In this document: piece after piece, positions 12,724 through 22,696 of the stretch | Layout: each line of letters starts with the position of its first letter | Position numbering within the stretch: the first letter of the stretch is position 1 | Assembly: GCA_034437255.1 (NCBI GenBank) | Contig: DAOTUH010000390.1 | Location: forward strand, 1-56,035 | Origin: Anaerolineae bacterium | GTDB lineage: Bacteria > Chloroflexota > Anaerolineae > B4-G1 > SLSP01 | Length of the DNA stretch: 56,035 nt | Direction: 5' to 3' | Made by a program: the position numbers and the translations under genes | Notes under the pieces: model-generated | The model's database searches: none | What the model was told of the DNA's origin: nothing | Seen by the model: the letters and a program-made list of their open reading frames with translations, nothing else

Positions 12724-15678
12724 TCAGGCCTTCTCATCGCGTCCATCCCCTGACGAAGATGCATCTTCCTCATCAGGTGGCGTCAACGGGCCGGTGCCAG
12801 GCGGAATGGTCAGCGGGCCGGTATCCGGCTTGCGCTGCCGCTGCCATCCCGATCCACCCAGGTGTACCTTGGTGCGACGAGCTCGCAACGCTCGGCCCAC
12901 CTCCCGCGCGGCCGTACGCAGCACGTCCTCAACGTCTACAGCCGATTGGAGCTCCCCCGAGATCTCGCGGATCAATTGCTCGCGGCGCGCTCGCGCGGCC
13001 GTCGCCCGTAACTGCGAGCGGTTCTGGACCGCCACGGCTGCCTGAGCCGCCAAGCTCATAAGACGACGTAGTTCTGCTTCTGAAACAGCGATGGGCGCGC
13101 TATAGACGCCGTTGATGAATCCAATCCACTGTCCGCCCACGACCAGAGGCACAATAATCACCCCCCGGCCCCCAAACCGCTCTGCATAGAATACACGCAG
13201 AGACTCGCCCATACGTTGATCACTGCGAACATCTTCGACAACCGTAGGAGCGTCCGCATGGATAAGCGCCGGAGCAGAGGGATAGTCTTGCAAACTATAG
13301 CGGCTATCGACGTGCACGCCCTCTGCGGCCCAACGTGCAACGACGGTGTTTTGCTTCGGCGCCTTATCTCCTTCCCATGGCTCGCTGAACAAATCTAGCG
13401 TAGTCGCCAGGTCCGCTTCCCCGAGCACGGTATGCTCACGCATCGCCGAGAGAATCTCGCCGTAGGATTGGGCCAGGTTAAGATCGGCGCTGGCGCTAAA
13501 GAGCAGTTGCAATTCCTCAGAGCGTCGTTGGGTCTCAGCCAGCAGGTTGATATTCTCAACCACCACAGCGACCTGATTGGCCAGAGCGCTGGTAAGGTCT
13601 CTGGTATCCGGATCTAAGAACTGATCTTCTTGATGACGAATGAGGGCGATGAAGCCAATCTGGGCCACAGCCGTGCGAATTGCCACGTAGAGCACACGGC
13701 GCAGGGCATAATCGCCCGCGAGGGGCAACTCACGGAAGAATGGGATGGGCCTACCCAGCTCTGGACTCGAGATTCCTCTGAAGAAAACCTGCAAATCCGG
13801 CGGCAGCACCACCGGTTGCCGCTCTTCCAACGCCTCGCTGCCATCGGGCAGGATAATTGCCTGGGGTAAGACTTCACCTGCCTCAAAATCTTGATAGGTA
13901 AAAATGCCCACCACCATATCCAGGCCTTGCGCCAGAATCAGGGCGATTTTACAGAGTGCTCCCTCGGCGCTTGTGGTCGTGGACGCCGTCTGTAACACCA
14001 GGTTCAACAGCTCCTGCTGGCGAGCCGTACGCTGTGTCTCCTCAAACAGCCGCGCATTCTCAAGCGCAACAGCAACCTGATCGCTGACGTTTTGTATTAA
14101 CTCCATCTCCTCATCGGTCCAAATGCGGTCGGGATCGGAGAGGGCCAGAACCGCCAACGTCTCATCACGGTACCGCATGGGCTCCATCAAATAAGGATCT
14201 CCCCCATCAACAACCAACTTGTGCGCCAACGTGCCCGCTACCAAATCTTCCGGCACCGACATAGGTAGAACCGGATGCACATCCACACGGTCGTACTCAT
14301 AAGCCTGGGGACGGATACGGTTGATAACCCTGGCCCAGCCACGTCGACGTTGCTCGCGCTGCAGGGTCTCCAGCTCAGTCAAGGCAGACTGAGTTTGCTC
14401 CAGCAACCGCGCATTCTGTAGCGCAATCGACACCTGATCCGCCAGCAGTTGCAAAACCTCCACATCCTCGTCGCTGAAAGCGCTGGGTTCCGTACTCTGA
14501 ACGTCGAGAACGCCCACGACGTTCTGATCCTGATCGACCAGAGGCAATGCGATCTCCGAGTGCGTGTCCGGTAGTTCCGGCGTATTGAACCAGACTGCAT
14601 CCCCGCCAACATCAAGCGCGATGCGCGGTTCTCCGCTCATGGCCACGTCGCCCACGATGCCTTGCCGACCAATGCGCAAACGGTGACCACGCGCCAACAT
14701 GCGCCGTCCCCCCTTAGAGGACGCAGCCCGTAACACCGCCCATTCTCGCCTGTCATCGAGCAAGAAGATGCCGGCATGATAATAACCGAACTGCTCCGAG
14801 ATGGCCTGCACGGTCCTCTCCAGCAGCGACAGAACCTCGCGCACCTGAGCCGCTTCACGGCTCACCAAGGCTACCCCCTCAAGCTGCCGCCCTCGCCATT
14901 CGAGCGCGGTCGTTCGCTCCTTGACCTGACGTTCCAGACTGACAATCAAATCGTGTAGACGGTCCCCCATCTTGTTAAAGGAGCGGGCCAAGAAACCGAT
15001 CTCATCCTTGGTCTCGATGTTGATCTTGTACTGCAGATCCCCGGCCCCGATAATAGCCACACCCTCTGCAAGCACCCGCAGCGGTCGAACCACCATGCGC
15101 TGCACAAAGAATAGCAGCAAAATGACCAGCACAATCACCAACGCCGCAATGGACAACGATGGCACAATCGCCAGAAGAGGTGGATCCACGACCGTCGCCG
15201 GTTCTCCCACCACCACGTAGAGCGCCTGTTCGCTTTGGGGCAAGCGTACCTCTTCGAAGACCAGATAGACCTTGTCATAGGGAACCACGGAGCGTACCAC
15301 GGGGGAGGAGACTGTGCTGAGATCGGCCAACCCGGCCGCGTAGGTATTGTTCTTGCCGGGCACAGAATGGTAAACAACCAGGCCATTCTCCATGACGACG
15401 GCCGCAAAAGCCAGCTCAGGTTGATCTTGGACGCTATCACGGAGGTACCCACCCAGGGCGGGTAGATCATAGATGGTAGTTATGAAAGGTGTCAGCGCCT
15501 CCACGGTTTGAACGAGCTGGCGGGTAATCATCTCGCCCTTGCTCAACCGTACGTCGCGGTACTGAGCCTGATATCGCCCCCCCACATAGGCCGATACCGG
15601 CAACAAGATCAGCAGGGGCAGGAGTCCCACAATAAGTACCAGCCGCCAGCGCAAACTCAGCGATCTCTCAAACATCAT
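12724..15678 (-). CDS. P2, GAF-stub sensor paralog: TM - about 150-aa periplasmic domain - TM - HAMP - GAF-A - three further GAF-like domains - GAF stub; no output domain seen
   Basis: HAMP 'GDLQYKINIETKDEIGFLARSFNKM'. GAF-A 'FGYYHAGIFLLD..GHRLRIG..LPDTHSEIALPL..DVQS'. Tail 'ARREQLIREISGELQSAVDVEDVLRTAAREVGRAL'. The ATG at 15678 has AGGAG 5 nt upstream (the ORF track uses GTG 15696). Confidence 0.85.
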   Translation of the reverse strand: MMFERSLSLRWRLVLIVGLLPLLILLPVSAYVGGRYQAQYRDVRLSKGEMITRQLVQTVEALTPFITTIYDLPALGGYLRDSVQDQPELAFAAVVMENGLVVYHSVPGKNNTYAAGLADLSTVSSPVVRSVVPYDKVYLVFEEVRLPQSEQALYVVVGEPATVVDPPLLAIVPSLSIAALVIVLVILLLFFVQRMVVRPLRVLAEGVAIIGAGDLQYKINIETKDEIGFLARSFNKMGDRLHDLIVSLERQVKERTTALEWRGRQLEGVALVSREAAQVREVLSLLERTVQAISEQFGYYHAGIFLLDDRREWAVLRAASSKGGRRMLARGHRLRIGRQGIVGDVAMSGEPRIALDVGGDAVWFNTPELPDTHSEIALPLVDQDQNVVGVLDVQSTEPSAFSDEDVEVLQLLADQVSIALQNARLLEQTQSALTELETLQREQRRRGWARVINRIRPQAYEYDRVDVHPVLPMSVPEDLVAGTLAHKLVVDGGDPYLMEPMRYRDETLAVLALSDPDRIWTDEEMELIQNVSDQVAVALENARLFEETQRTARQQELLNLVLQTASTTTSAEGALCKIALILAQGLDMVVGIFTYQDFEAGEVLPQAIILPDGSEALEERQPVVLPPDLQVFFRGISSPELGRPIPFFRELPLAGDYALRRVLYVAIRTAVAQIGFIALIRHQEDQFLDPDTRDLTSALANQVAVVVENINLLAETQRRSEELQLLFSASADLNLAQSYGEILSAMREHTVLGEADLATTLDLFSEPWEGDKAPKQNTVVARWAAEGVHVDSRYSLQDYPSAPALIHADAPTVVEDVRSDQRMGESLRVFYAERFGGRGVIIVPLVVGGQWIGFINGVYSAPIAVSEAELRRLMSLAAQAAVAVQNRSQLRATAARARREQLIREISGELQSAVDVEDVLRTAAREVGRALRARRTKVHLGGSGWQRQRKPDTGPLTIPPGTGPLTPPDEEDASSSGDGRDEKA

Positions 15679-15789
15679 TGACTCTCCTGACCTCACTATG
15701 AGAACTCAGATTTTCAGGAAGCACTAAAGGAGATGAGGGAAGACATAGCGCCAGAAATCCGAGTTTTGATCTATCTCGTCGTGAGTCCA

Positions 15790-16893
15790 CTATTCACCTC
15801 CCAGAGCAATTGGGAAATTTCGCTCAATGCGGGCCCCTATGAGCAGCTCCAACGGCACGTCAAGATCCCAGTACCGGGCTGCGACCAGGTTAACCACCAG
15901 CACATTATACCCAGGGACCCGGTGAGACAGCGATGCCGGCTCGGTGCCACGAAAGATTTCGACGGCCAGTTCTGCAGCTTCCTGACCTTGTGCGTAACCG
16001 GACACGGCGAGCCCCCCGACAGCCCCGCCTTCGTTTGTGTTGAGCTGCAAACCGAAAACCGGGATCGACGAATTCCCCAGCGTCCACCGCAACACCGTGC
16101 GTTCCGGTATGTGATCCCCATAATCATTCACCAAATTCTTGAAGTATCCTAGCAATAACACGTCAAAGGTGCTCGCTTTTTCCAAAACGAAGGTTTGCCA
16201 GGCCTCCCAGTCATTCGTCTGATGAAGCACTGTCTCTTCGACAAGAGCGTTCTCAGCATCCAGCAACGCTGCCCGCACCTCCTCACCTTCCGAGGTGCTG
16301 GCAATCGATTCATCGCTGAGAAACAAAACCTTTTCAGGAACCTGTCCTTTCATTGCGCTGGCGAGATGCACCGTTTGGAGTGGATATGTCCTCTCCAACA
16401 CCCCGGTTACGTTGGGGCGACTGAGTCCGTGCTCCCAGGCACTGCTATTCAGGCCACAGAAAATAAAAGGCAGGGTGGGGTCAGGATAGCCCCTGATCAC
16501 CCACCGCGCGGCCTCATCATCGGCAACGATCACCACGTCTGGATTGAACTCCTTGATTTCTTGAATTGCAGCCGTTGCCCGATCTTCGATTTCAACAGAA
16601 TCTCGTAACGTCTCGGCGCGCAGAGCAAATTCGGATAACACCAAATTCTGCGAAGCCTGCGCATAATCCAACTGGGCCAGTCTCTCCAGCACACCGGTCC
16701 GAATGCGGTTAGACCAGGGGTCTTCCTCTGAATAGGTACGAACAAAGAAGAGCCGGAGGGGCTGCTCCCCGACGAACTCGGCCGTTGGGATGGACGTCGA
16801 TGTGCGTGGCTCCTCCACTCGCTGGCCACACGACGCACCAGCCAAAGCGATCAAGAGCAGTATGACCCCACACCGGTAGCAGCGAGATATCAA
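15790..16893 (-). CDS. orphan solute-binding lipoprotein, PF04392 (ABC_sub_bind)-like
   Basis: Signal/lipobox 'LLLIALAGASCG'. It aligns by eye with the periplasmic domain of P4 ('LPFIFCGLNS' vs 'IPIVFCGINF'; 'IPVFGLQ..GGAVGGLAVSGYAQGQEAAELAVEIFRGTEP' vs 'VPVYGLW..HGIVGGKLTNARSQGEAAAEKAVEILEGTP'). The TTG start has GGAGG 6 nt upstream and overlaps the P3 stop (TTGA). Confidence 0.75.
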   Translation of the reverse strand: MISRCYRCGVILLLIALAGASCGQRVEEPRTSTSIPTAEFVGEQPLRLFFVRTYSEEDPWSNRIRTGVLERLAQLDYAQASQNLVLSEFALRAETLRDSVEIEDRATAAIQEIKEFNPDVVIVADDEAARWVIRGYPDPTLPFIFCGLNSSAWEHGLSRPNVTGVLERTYPLQTVHLASAMKGQVPEKVLFLSDESIASTSEGEEVRAALLDAENALVEETVLHQTNDWEAWQTFVLEKASTFDVLLLGYFKNLVNDYGDHIPERTVLRWTLGNSSIPVFGLQLNTNEGGAVGGLAVSGYAQGQEAAELAVEIFRGTEPASLSHRVPGYNVLVVNLVAARYWDLDVPLELLIGARIERNFPIALGGE

Positions 16894-18665
16894 GTTTTGC
16901 CTCCATCGCGGTCAGATTCTCGAACATCCTCGACTTCGGCCGGCACCAACTGCAAGCGAGCACGCTCCACCTGCAAGGCACGTCCTAACTCCTCGACGGC
17001 ACTGCGCAGGATCGCATCGACTTGTACAGATGCTCGAACCCGCCCCACGATTTCACTGCGAGCGCGCTCTTGAGTAGCCCGGAGTCGCGTCTCCTCAAGC
17101 AGTCGGGCGTTTTCCAGCGCCAGACCCAGTTGCTCGGTAACGTCCTCTGCCAACCGCCGGGCCTCCTTCGACCAGGGATGTGGCGACTCAAAGATGAGCA
17201 CGCCCAACGTCCTTCGCTGGATCCGAACCGGCACTCGCAGCAGATACATGCCATCCCTTTGAATCACTTGAACTTCCTCCAGGTGAGAAGGATCCTCCGA
17301 CAACGCAAACCCCTCCGGCACCCGATCTTCCAAGTGAACCCGATTGTAGGCGTAGGCAATCTCACGCTGACGTCGCATCAATGCCTGACGCCAACCGGTG
17401 ACAACCTCTTCCTCCTGATATTGCTGCAAGCGTTCCAAGGTCCTCCGGGTTTCGCCGAGCAAGCGGGTGTTCTCAATAAACACCGCCAAGCCATCAGTAA
17501 GGATTGAAAGGACTTGAACATCTTCTTCTGTGAATGCCTCCTCCAGCTTGCTCTGAATATCCAAGAGGCCGATCAAATCTCCTCGCGAAACCAACGGCAA
17601 GATCATCTCTGAAGAGGTCTCTGGCAGATTAGGGTTCGCGTACCAAGTCCTGGTCAGTTCAACCTGACCGATAACCTGAGGGCGTAAGGTAGCCGATGCC
17701 TGCCCCACCAGGCTATCACCTCCTACCCCCAGCTTATGCCTCTCCGCGATCATCTTTTTGCCGGCCTCGGAAGAAGCAGCGCGCAACACCATCCAGCCCC
17801 CCGTATCATCCAGGAGGAAAATGCCAACGTGGTAAAAACCAAACCGTTGCGCAATAAACGTGACCGCTCTGGTCAACAATTCATCTAGATCGAAAATGCC
17901 CGCTAACACGCGATTCAACTCGGCGATAGCCTGAAACTGATTCACACGTTCGCGCAGCTGTTGCGTTCGCACAGCCACGCGCTGCTCCAGGTCGCTGCGG
18001 GCGCGCTCAAGATTTTGCGTTGCATCTTGTAGGGACCCCAGCGCCTGACGCAAACTACGCATGTTCAGAAAGGTCACGCCACCACCAGCCGACAACAACA
18101 TAATTAACGTAAATACAACAAAGTTGACTTTGCTTGCTTCCCCCGCTGTAAACGGCGGAGTGTAAAGGGAGAACCCCATTAGCAGATGCAAGATGATGAA
18201 AAATGCTAGCACACCGCCACTTAAACGTAAGCTATAATCAGGCTTCTGCAAAATTCCGGAGACCGCAACGGGCCAGAAGAAGAGCACCCACGCGGACGAA
18301 TAGATACCGTCAAAAAGCGCAGAAGCCAAAGCTATGCCCAGATAGGTGCCCCACACAAAGATCTGAACGGTCGACTGGATTTTGCCCCGTTTCACGCGAT
18401 AGAAGCAGTAAGCGGAAAACGGAATGAAAGCCAGGGTAAGCATCGTTCCAAAGATATAATCTGGATGCGGCATGAGACCGACGAGGCCCACACTCAAGAA
18501 GACCGTGAGTAGCGCAATCACGATGTCCATCGTAATGAAGAGCAAGGTGTTGAAAACTCGGCCTAGCCGCTGTATCTCCTCATCAGGATGCTCAACGCTG
18601 ATCAGTCGCTCCCAAAGTTCACGAATCCTCGACGTCGGGCGCTGATGACTTTCGAATTGCGTCAT
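16890..18665 (-). CDS. P3, GAF-stub sensor paralog: class-I polytopic membrane module (about 6 TM) - coiled coil - GAF-A - half-GAF - GAF stub
   Basis: 'FGFYHVGIFLLDD..HKLGVGGDSLVG..LPETSSEMILPL..DIQS'. Tail 'LENARLLEETRLRATQERARSEIVGRVRASVQVDAILRSAVEELGRAL'. The ATG overlaps the P4 stop (ATGA), and GAGGAGG is 5 nt upstream. Confidence 0.85.
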   Translation of the reverse strand: MTQFESHQRPTSRIRELWERLISVEHPDEEIQRLGRVFNTLLFITMDIVIALLTVFLSVGLVGLMPHPDYIFGTMLTLAFIPFSAYCFYRVKRGKIQSTVQIFVWGTYLGIALASALFDGIYSSAWVLFFWPVAVSGILQKPDYSLRLSGGVLAFFIILHLLMGFSLYTPPFTAGEASKVNFVVFTLIMLLSAGGGVTFLNMRSLRQALGSLQDATQNLERARSDLEQRVAVRTQQLRERVNQFQAIAELNRVLAGIFDLDELLTRAVTFIAQRFGFYHVGIFLLDDTGGWMVLRAASSEAGKKMIAERHKLGVGGDSLVGQASATLRPQVIGQVELTRTWYANPNLPETSSEMILPLVSRGDLIGLLDIQSKLEEAFTEEDVQVLSILTDGLAVFIENTRLLGETRRTLERLQQYQEEEVVTGWRQALMRRQREIAYAYNRVHLEDRVPEGFALSEDPSHLEEVQVIQRDGMYLLRVPVRIQRRTLGVLIFESPHPWSKEARRLAEDVTEQLGLALENARLLEETRLRATQERARSEIVGRVRASVQVDAILRSAVEELGRALQVERARLQLVPAEVEDVRESDRDGGKT

Positions 18666-20956
18666 TTCGCCTCCTCTTGATCACCAACCAGGGCCAAGCG
18701 GGCTACAGCGCGTTCGGCGCCCAACGCCTGCCCCAAATCACGCAGCGCTTGTTCCAACACCGCCTCAATTTCTAACTGAGCCCGGAGACGATCGGTAATT
18801 TCACCGACTTGCTGCTCGTGTTGGGCAAGCGCGCGGGTTTCCTCGAAAAGACGCGCGTTCTCCAAGGCCAAGCTGGCTTGATCCACGACAGATTGCACCA
18901 GCTCGCGCTCCTCATCGCTCCAGCGCGAGCCGCCGTCCTGTCGTTCCAGCTCTAATGAAGCTAACACCTGTCCTCGCAAGGAGATATCCGCTCTCAGACA
19001 GCGAGCGTCCTTCTTGGAGGACAACGTTGTACTCTCATCTACCGGAATCGGCCGGACATCCACGCCCGTGTACTGGAAGGCGACCGGTCGTGTGGTCATC
19101 CGCTCTTCCCAAACCCTACGAGACTGTTCACCGTAAACGCGCTCCAACTCTTCCAGCGCCTGCTGACTTTCTTGATATAGACGCACGTTGTCGATAGCCA
19201 ACGCCAACTGGTCTGCCATGGTCTCCAATATGGTGATATCCTCTTCATCAAAGGCCGCCGGCTGAGTTGATTGAACGTCGAGGACGCCCACCAATTCTCC
19301 TCGGACGCGGAGAGGTAAGGTCATCTCCGAACGTGTCTCAGGGAGGTCTGGGTTATTAAGCCATATAGCGTCCTCGCCCACATCAAGAGCGATACGCGAC
19401 CGGCCCGTCTGCAAGACTGAGCCCACGATGCCTACCTCTCGAGTTAGGCGGTGACCGCGCTCCAGCATCCGCCGCCCTCCCTCGGACGAGGCCGCCCGCA
19501 AGACTGCGTACGCTCCGCTTTCATCGACCAAAAAAATGCCCGCGTGGTAATAGCCAAACTGCCGCGAGATGCGCTCCACCGTCGCGGTGAGCAGGATGTT
19601 GAGATCGCGGAAGCCGGCGGCATCGCGGACGACCTCGGCCGCCATCTCCAGTTGCCAGCCGCGTTTTTCCAAATCGGCGGTTCGCTGCGCAACGCGCTCC
19701 TCCAGCGTGGCCCGGGTTGCTTCCAGCGCCCGGTTCGTCTCTCGCAGATCGGTCTCCACCTCGCGCCGTTGCCGGAGATTGACCAGCTGGACAACCACGA
19801 TGGCCAACAGTCCCGTGATGACGCCGGCCACCGGCCAGATGATGCGTCTGTACTGCTCATAGAACGTCGGGGGCCTATTCGTGATTTCGCTATCTTCCGG
19901 TAAGCGATTGACGGAAATGCCAAATCGCTCCAACTGTTGGTAGTCAAATATGTAGCGATTAGGACTGTCTTTGAGAACGGCCACCTCACTCACCGGCGTT
20001 CCCTCCAAAATCTCCACCGCCTTCTCCGCTGCAGCTTCACCCTGGGAACGAGCGTTGGTCAACTTCCCGCCGACAATACCGTGTCCCATGTAGAAATCCC
20101 ATAAGCCGTAGACGGGCACGCGGGTGTTCTCATAAATGAGTTCGATGCTCTCCTCATAGGTGTAGAAGTTTCCAGCTCGATCACGATTCAGCAACACGAG
20201 CAGGATCAAGGTATGTTCCGACACATTCCCCAGCTCCCGCAACATCCCATCTAAGACCGGATTGGTGTAGTATCGAAATTCAACCCTATCCGCATATTGA
20301 GGCGTGATCTCACGTAGCAAACGCTGGTAGACCTGGCCCGTGGTCGTGGCATCGTTCACCACCACGATCTGACGGGTGTCAGGATGAACACGCAGCATCA
20401 GATCCAGCGTATCGGTTATGTCCACGTCCTCCACCACACCGGTGAAGGTATCCTCAACGCCTGCCAACATCTCATCCTCAAAAAAGTTGATACCACAGAA
20501 AACGATGGGAATTCCTGGGAAAAGTGTCTCGTGGTATTTCAGCACAAAGTCAAAGGCGTTATTGTCACTGATTAACACAAGATCTAATGGGGCATCCCGG
20601 TATTTTCGCCAATAGAGACTGTACAGACCCTGATAGTACTCCTCGTCCGGGGCGAAGCGTTTCGTATCCATGTACTCAACATAGACTTCTGGATCCAGAT
20701 CGCTTTCAGCAAACACCTCCTGCATACCTTGCATGACCCCATCAGTCCAGCTGAGACCGCGATGATAAGAATGCAACACCAATACGTGAGGCACTGGCTC
20801 TTGGGCGACTGCATTCGGTGGCAGCACGACAGTGGCAAGCGAGGCCAGTATGATCAAAACTGCCAACCATCCCGTGCGCCAGTCTTTGGCACCCAGGCCA
20901 CACGCCTTCACGGTCTTGGCGATCATCGCTACTAGACGTTCAAGCAGAACCCACAT
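18662..20956 (-). CDS. P4, GAF-stub sensor paralog: signal/TM - fused PF04392-like solute-binding domain - TM - coiled coil - GAF-A - half-GAF - GAF stub
   Basis: The periplasmic part 'HVLVLHSYHRGLSWTDGV..IPIVFCGINF..' (nt about 19860-20795) is homologous to the free SBP at 15790-16893. GAF-A 'FGYYHAGIFLVD..LPETRSEMTLPL'. Tail 'LENARLFEETRALAQHEQQVGEITDRLRAQLEIEAVLEQALRDLGQAL'. Confidence 0.85.
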   Translation of the reverse strand: MWVLLERLVAMIAKTVKACGLGAKDWRTGWLAVLIILASLATVVLPPNAVAQEPVPHVLVLHSYHRGLSWTDGVMQGMQEVFAESDLDPEVYVEYMDTKRFAPDEEYYQGLYSLYWRKYRDAPLDLVLISDNNAFDFVLKYHETLFPGIPIVFCGINFFEDEMLAGVEDTFTGVVEDVDITDTLDLMLRVHPDTRQIVVVNDATTTGQVYQRLLREITPQYADRVEFRYYTNPVLDGMLRELGNVSEHTLILLVLLNRDRAGNFYTYEESIELIYENTRVPVYGLWDFYMGHGIVGGKLTNARSQGEAAAEKAVEILEGTPVSEVAVLKDSPNRYIFDYQQLERFGISVNRLPEDSEITNRPPTFYEQYRRIIWPVAGVITGLLAIVVVQLVNLRQRREVETDLRETNRALEATRATLEERVAQRTADLEKRGWQLEMAAEVVRDAAGFRDLNILLTATVERISRQFGYYHAGIFLVDESGAYAVLRAASSEGGRRMLERGHRLTREVGIVGSVLQTGRSRIALDVGEDAIWLNNPDLPETRSEMTLPLRVRGELVGVLDVQSTQPAAFDEEDITILETMADQLALAIDNVRLYQESQQALEELERVYGEQSRRVWEERMTTRPVAFQYTGVDVRPIPVDESTTLSSKKDARCLRADISLRGQVLASLELERQDGGSRWSDEERELVQSVVDQASLALENARLFEETRALAQHEQQVGEITDRLRAQLEIEAVLEQALRDLGQALGAERAVARLALVGDQEEAK

Positions 20957-20958
20957 TG

Positions 20959-22644
20959 CTATACCTCTTTTCCTACGCCATCATCCTCACTACCACGTTG
21001 GGGCGGCACCATACGCACCGTCGCTTGCGCGTCAAGAGCCCGACCCAACTGCTGGATCGTGCGCCTCAGTACGCCTTCGACATCAACGGCTGTGCGCAAT
21101 TCCGCCGCGATATCGCCGACCAGACGCTCATGAGCCGCCCGCTGGCGGGATGCTTCCAGCAGGCGAGCATTTTCCAGGGAGAGCACCAGGCGCTCCGCCA
21201 CACCCTCGACGAGTTCTTCCGTCTCAGCCGGCACGCCTTCCTCGGCAAAGCGCAGATTCAGCATCCCGATGACCTGTTCGCGCAACCGTAACGGAACCGT
21301 GATCTTTTCTTCTCCTGGGTCCTTGGTCTCCTGAGCTTCGCTTGGCAAGATTACACCCGAACGGTCGGAGCGATATCCTCGGACGCCACCATGACCTTCG
21401 ACGGCTGCACGCCACGCGGACCGCGTGTATTGACCCGAGGCGGCCCGCAGTTCCTGCACCGTGGCCCGCATCTCTGCAAGCAAGCGGGCGTTCTCAATGG
21501 CGACCGTCATTTGATCAGCCACGATTTGTAAAACCGCCACGTCCTTCTTGGGGAATGCGTGCAGCTTTTCACTCTGCACGTCCAGAGCACCGATGATGTC
21601 GCCACCGGCTCGCAAGGGCAAGATGGCTTCAGAACGGGTATCTTCCAGAAAAGGACTGGCGATGTAGAGAGATTCCCTATGGACGTCTTGCACGACCCTG
21701 GCCTCCCCAGTCGCTGTCACGCGGCCCACCAGTCCCTCTTGCCCCACGCGCAACCGCCAGCCTTCCGCCCTCACGTCTTCAGCCGCATGTCCGGCAGAGG
21801 TACGTAGCACCGCGTATTCACTGGACTCATCGACGAGAAAAAGGGACACATGGTAGAAATCAAATCGCTCCGCAATCAGTTCCACAATGTGCGTGAGCAG
21901 CGGATCGAGCTCAGATACCGAAGTCACGTCCCGTCCCACCTCGGCGGCTGTCTGCAGCTGCCGAGTCCGTTGTTCCAATTCACGCGTGCGCGCTTCCAGG
22001 TTCTCTCGACTTTCATGCAGTTCTTGGACTCTTTCGTGCAGGGCTTCTTCATTGCGTCGTGCGCGTTCCAAAGCGCTCGCAAAATTCCGCCAGCCCAAAA
22101 CCACCATCACCGTCATCCAGCCAAAGACAGCACTCAACAAGAAAGCATTGTCAAGCGCCACATTCGGGCGAATGGGTCGCAACACAACGTTGTAGGTAGA
22201 CTCAGCAACGTAAACGCCTAGAATCGCGAGGATGCTGAACAATCCAAAGAATACAGCCCCTCGCTCCCCCAAAAGAAAGCCAGCAATGAAAATAGCCAGA
22301 AGATAAGCCGGTGTGACACTCGAACGTATACCGCCAAAGACCAACGTTGTCCCAAATACAAATAGCCACAAGAGCAAACAGAAAAGCGTGCTCGCTATTT
22401 GCACGACGCCCTGCCTTAATAGATGCAGCAATCCCAGAAGCACCAGGACAAAGCCGCCCATAAGCATAAGCGTCAGCCACATATCGCGCGGTGTCTCATT
22501 GACAACTACGAACACAGGACCGGCTACGGCAAGGATAAACAGCGCAGACCACAGTACTGTATTCAACAGGGCTGCAACGCGTGTTTTTTCTTCTTCGCCT
22601 GGAAAAACAGGCGCAGCAAGTTGCTTCTTCAGCCAATTCGACAT
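20959..22644 (-). CDS. P5, GAF-stub sensor paralog: class-I polytopic membrane module - coiled coil - GAF-A (diverged) - half-GAF - GAF stub
   Basis: N-terminal motif 'LAAPVFPGEEEKTRVAALLNTVL', shared with P10 and P12. 'FDFYHVSLFLVDE..LEDTRSEAILPL..DVQS'. Tail 'LENARLLEASRQRAAHERLVGDIAAELRTAVDVEGVLRRTIQQLGRAL'. Confidence 0.85.
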   Translation of the reverse strand: MSNWLKKQLAAPVFPGEEEKTRVAALLNTVLWSALFILAVAGPVFVVVNETPRDMWLTLMLMGGFVLVLLGLLHLLRQGVVQIASTLFCLLLWLFVFGTTLVFGGIRSSVTPAYLLAIFIAGFLLGERGAVFFGLFSILAILGVYVAESTYNVVLRPIRPNVALDNAFLLSAVFGWMTVMVVLGWRNFASALERARRNEEALHERVQELHESRENLEARTRELEQRTRQLQTAAEVGRDVTSVSELDPLLTHIVELIAERFDFYHVSLFLVDESSEYAVLRTSAGHAAEDVRAEGWRLRVGQEGLVGRVTATGEARVVQDVHRESLYIASPFLEDTRSEAILPLRAGGDIIGALDVQSEKLHAFPKKDVAVLQIVADQMTVAIENARLLAEMRATVQELRAASGQYTRSAWRAAVEGHGGVRGYRSDRSGVILPSEAQETKDPGEEKITVPLRLREQVIGMLNLRFAEEGVPAETEELVEGVAERLVLSLENARLLEASRQRAAHERLVGDIAAELRTAVDVEGVLRRTIQQLGRALDAQATVRMVPPQRGSEDDGVGKEV

Positions 22645-22660
22645 TGTCTGCCTCTTCCTT

Positions 22661-22696
22661 ACTATGATCTAACCTATGACCTGACCTATGACCTGT
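22661..22696. repeat. 3 x 12-bp tandem repeat (ACTATGATCTAA / CCTATGACCTGA / CCTATGACCTGT) spanning the P6 stop and the P6-P5 spacer
   Basis: Read directly from the sequence. On the minus strand the unit is (A/T)CAGGTCATAGG, just 5' of the P5 RBS AAGGAAGAGG. Confidence 0.7.
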
